Assembly: GCA_050293845.1 (NCBI GenBank)
Contig: JBNKNM010000066.1
Span: forward strand, 1-25,792
Direction of reading: 5' to 3'
DNA: 25,792 bases
Source of the DNA: Pseudobacteriovorax sp.
GTDB lineage: Bacteria > Bdellovibrionota_B > Oligoflexia > Oligoflexales > Oligoflexaceae
Positions 24,405-25,792 of this stretch are shown piece by piece. Within the stretch, counting starts at the first letter, position 1, and each line of letters opens with the position of its first letter. The translations under genes and the position numbers were made by a program. The notes beneath the pieces are model-generated. The model did no database searches and was not told the DNA's origin. It worked only from the letters and a program-made list of their open reading frames with translations.

Positions 24405-24808
24405 GATTGGCCTGTTTGTCAGGATATAGACCAATTCCTTAATTTTTTAAAATGGACAAAGATTTCAATAGAAAACTTAGTATGCAAAAATTTGCAGATC
24501 TGGTAAGTTGATAACAATAGTGTTGCAAGTATTTGCAAACACTGGAAGTGTTATTTTCCAGAGAATGTATGTAGAAGAAACCTTTCTGATCTGTTATATT
24601 TTTATTGTTAGATATCAAAAAGATAATTTTATTAGTATCCAAGAAAAAGCAACATAACGATCGAAATTTTCCATAAAGACATGTGTTCTGCACATCAATA
24701 AGGCATGTTTTCTACATTCTGTGTTATTAGAATTACTGAAACATTTGTTGTTATATTCGAAGGAAATTACTGAAATTGTTATGGTATTAACTAAATAATG
24801 AGAAACGA

Positions 24809-25240
24809 ATGCTAAATGGAATTTCAGCCGCTATTTCACCTGATTTGATAAAAGTTTTGATGGAAATGGGTCATGGAGATGAAATCGTTATTGCAGATGG
24901 AAACTTCCCTGCCGAATCGATTGGACAGAGAATAATTAGAGCAGATGGTCTTGGAGTACCTGACATATTAAATGCGATTCTTGAATTGTTTCCTCTTGAT
25001 GATTATGTTGACGCTCCAATAACACTGATGGCTGTTTGTGAAGGTGATAAATACCAACCTGTTATCTGGGATGAATTTAAAAAAATAATCATGGAGACTA
25101 AGAATAAAAATAAAACTATTCAAAAAATTGAACGTTTCGATTTTTATAATCAATCCAAAGAGGCTTTTGCTGTTGTCGCGACCAGTGAAACATCCCTGTA
25201 CGCCAATATTATTTTGAAAAAAGGAGTTGTCAAAATTTGA
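24809..25240 (+). CDS. fucU: L-fucose mutarotase (RbsD/FucU family)
   Basis: ISPDL-KVL-EMGHGDEIVIADGNFP, ELFPLD-YV, ERFDFY, YANIILKKGV. Confidence 0.93.
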   Translation: MLNGISAAISPDLIKVLMEMGHGDEIVIADGNFPAESIGQRIIRADGLGVPDILNAILELFPLDDYVDAPITLMAVCEGDKYQPVIWDEFKKIIMETKNKNKTIQKIERFDFYNQSKEAFAVVATSETSLYANIILKKGVVKI

Positions 25241-25257
25241 CCTAGTTGGGCAGCATA

Positions 25258-25280
25258 GTCAAGTACCACCCACCTAAAGG
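25258..25280. mobile_element. Half of an IS200/IS605-type terminal hairpin
   Basis: GTCAAGTACCACCCACCTAAAGG resembles the GTCAA(C/G)TACC...CTAAAG end motif of IS200/IS605 elements. The complementary arm is absent and the IS1634 remnant follows. Confidence 0.4.
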
Positions 25281-25297
25281 ACACGGCCAGCGCATCT

Positions 25298-25721
25298 AAG
25301 TTCTTCACCGTCTAATATATTTGTAGCGAGAACAAATTTCCCCTTACTTTCCAGTTTTTTATTAATACGATTTTCGTTACAAGAATATCCCATTTTTAAT
25401 TTGTAACCGATCATTCGGCTTCGTTTGGTTCCTGGAATTCTCTTTTTGATAACGACAATATTTCCATTGATATTATAATTTTGAAATTGTTCACAGGTTT
25501 TAAATATTTCATAGGATGCATCGATTTTTTCTATAAAAGATCTCGTTTCCAGCTTTTCAAGCCTGATTTTTAAGCCTGCTCTTTAACGTCGTTTCTTCTT
25601 TATCAAGTTTCTTATTAAAGGTCTCTTGTTCCTTAAATTTCGCCTCCCGGCAGCGAACGACGATCCAGCGCTGCTTTTAGCCTACATAGTTTGAAAAGGT
25701 CTAAAAATACTTATAATTCGA
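25298..25721 (-). pseudogene. IS1634-family transposase internal fragment with stops and a frameshift
   Basis: Not in the ORF track. Manual translation SNYKYF*TFSNYVG*KQRWIVVRCREAKFKEQETFNKKLDKEE...RLEKLETRSF...GYKL...LESKGKFVLATNILDGEEL shows the IS1634 motifs YxGxxQRWxVV and GxFxLATN. The frameshift falls at an imperfect 13-bp tandem duplication near 25553-25578. Confidence 0.85.
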
Positions 25722-25792
25722 ATAACCAGTTCAAATTCCCATCATTAGCATAATCGACGCTGCTAGCTTTCCAAAAATGTGTACCATTAAAC

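Noticed and set aside
24439..24693. 84-aa minus-strand ORF between the binding-protein gene and fucU
   Set aside because: AT-rich low-complexity translation with no motif or RBS.

Overview
AT-rich bacterial window (roughly 40% GC by eye) with three functional islands separated by decayed mobile-element debris. (1) 539-14020 is a probable phosphate-scavenging locus. A minus-strand TtpB/TtpC-type TonB energiser operon (DUF3450, long ExbB, ExbB, ExbD, TonB, TPR) leads into a 1026-aa TonB-dependent receptor. It is bracketed by two paralogous exported beta-helix-like proteins, one lacking about 220 central residues in frame, and is divergent from a Tat-lipoprotein PhoX phosphatase. (2) 14546-17414 is a compact sulfur cassette (sulfide:quinone oxidoreductase, single-Cys TusE/DsrC-family protein, DsrE2-like protein), followed by a CBS-pair gene with a sigma54-type promoter. 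(3) 18740-25240 is a sugar locus (Zn dehydrogenase, aldo-keto reductase, single-domain ABC ATPase, divergent permease and binding protein, FucU mutarotase). Remnants of IS6, IS5-like, ISAs1, IS200/IS605 TnpB and IS1634 elements and a racemase/trans-sulfuration chimeric pseudogene are present, several of them missing from the ORF track. All family calls come from motif recognition by eye; no database search was run.
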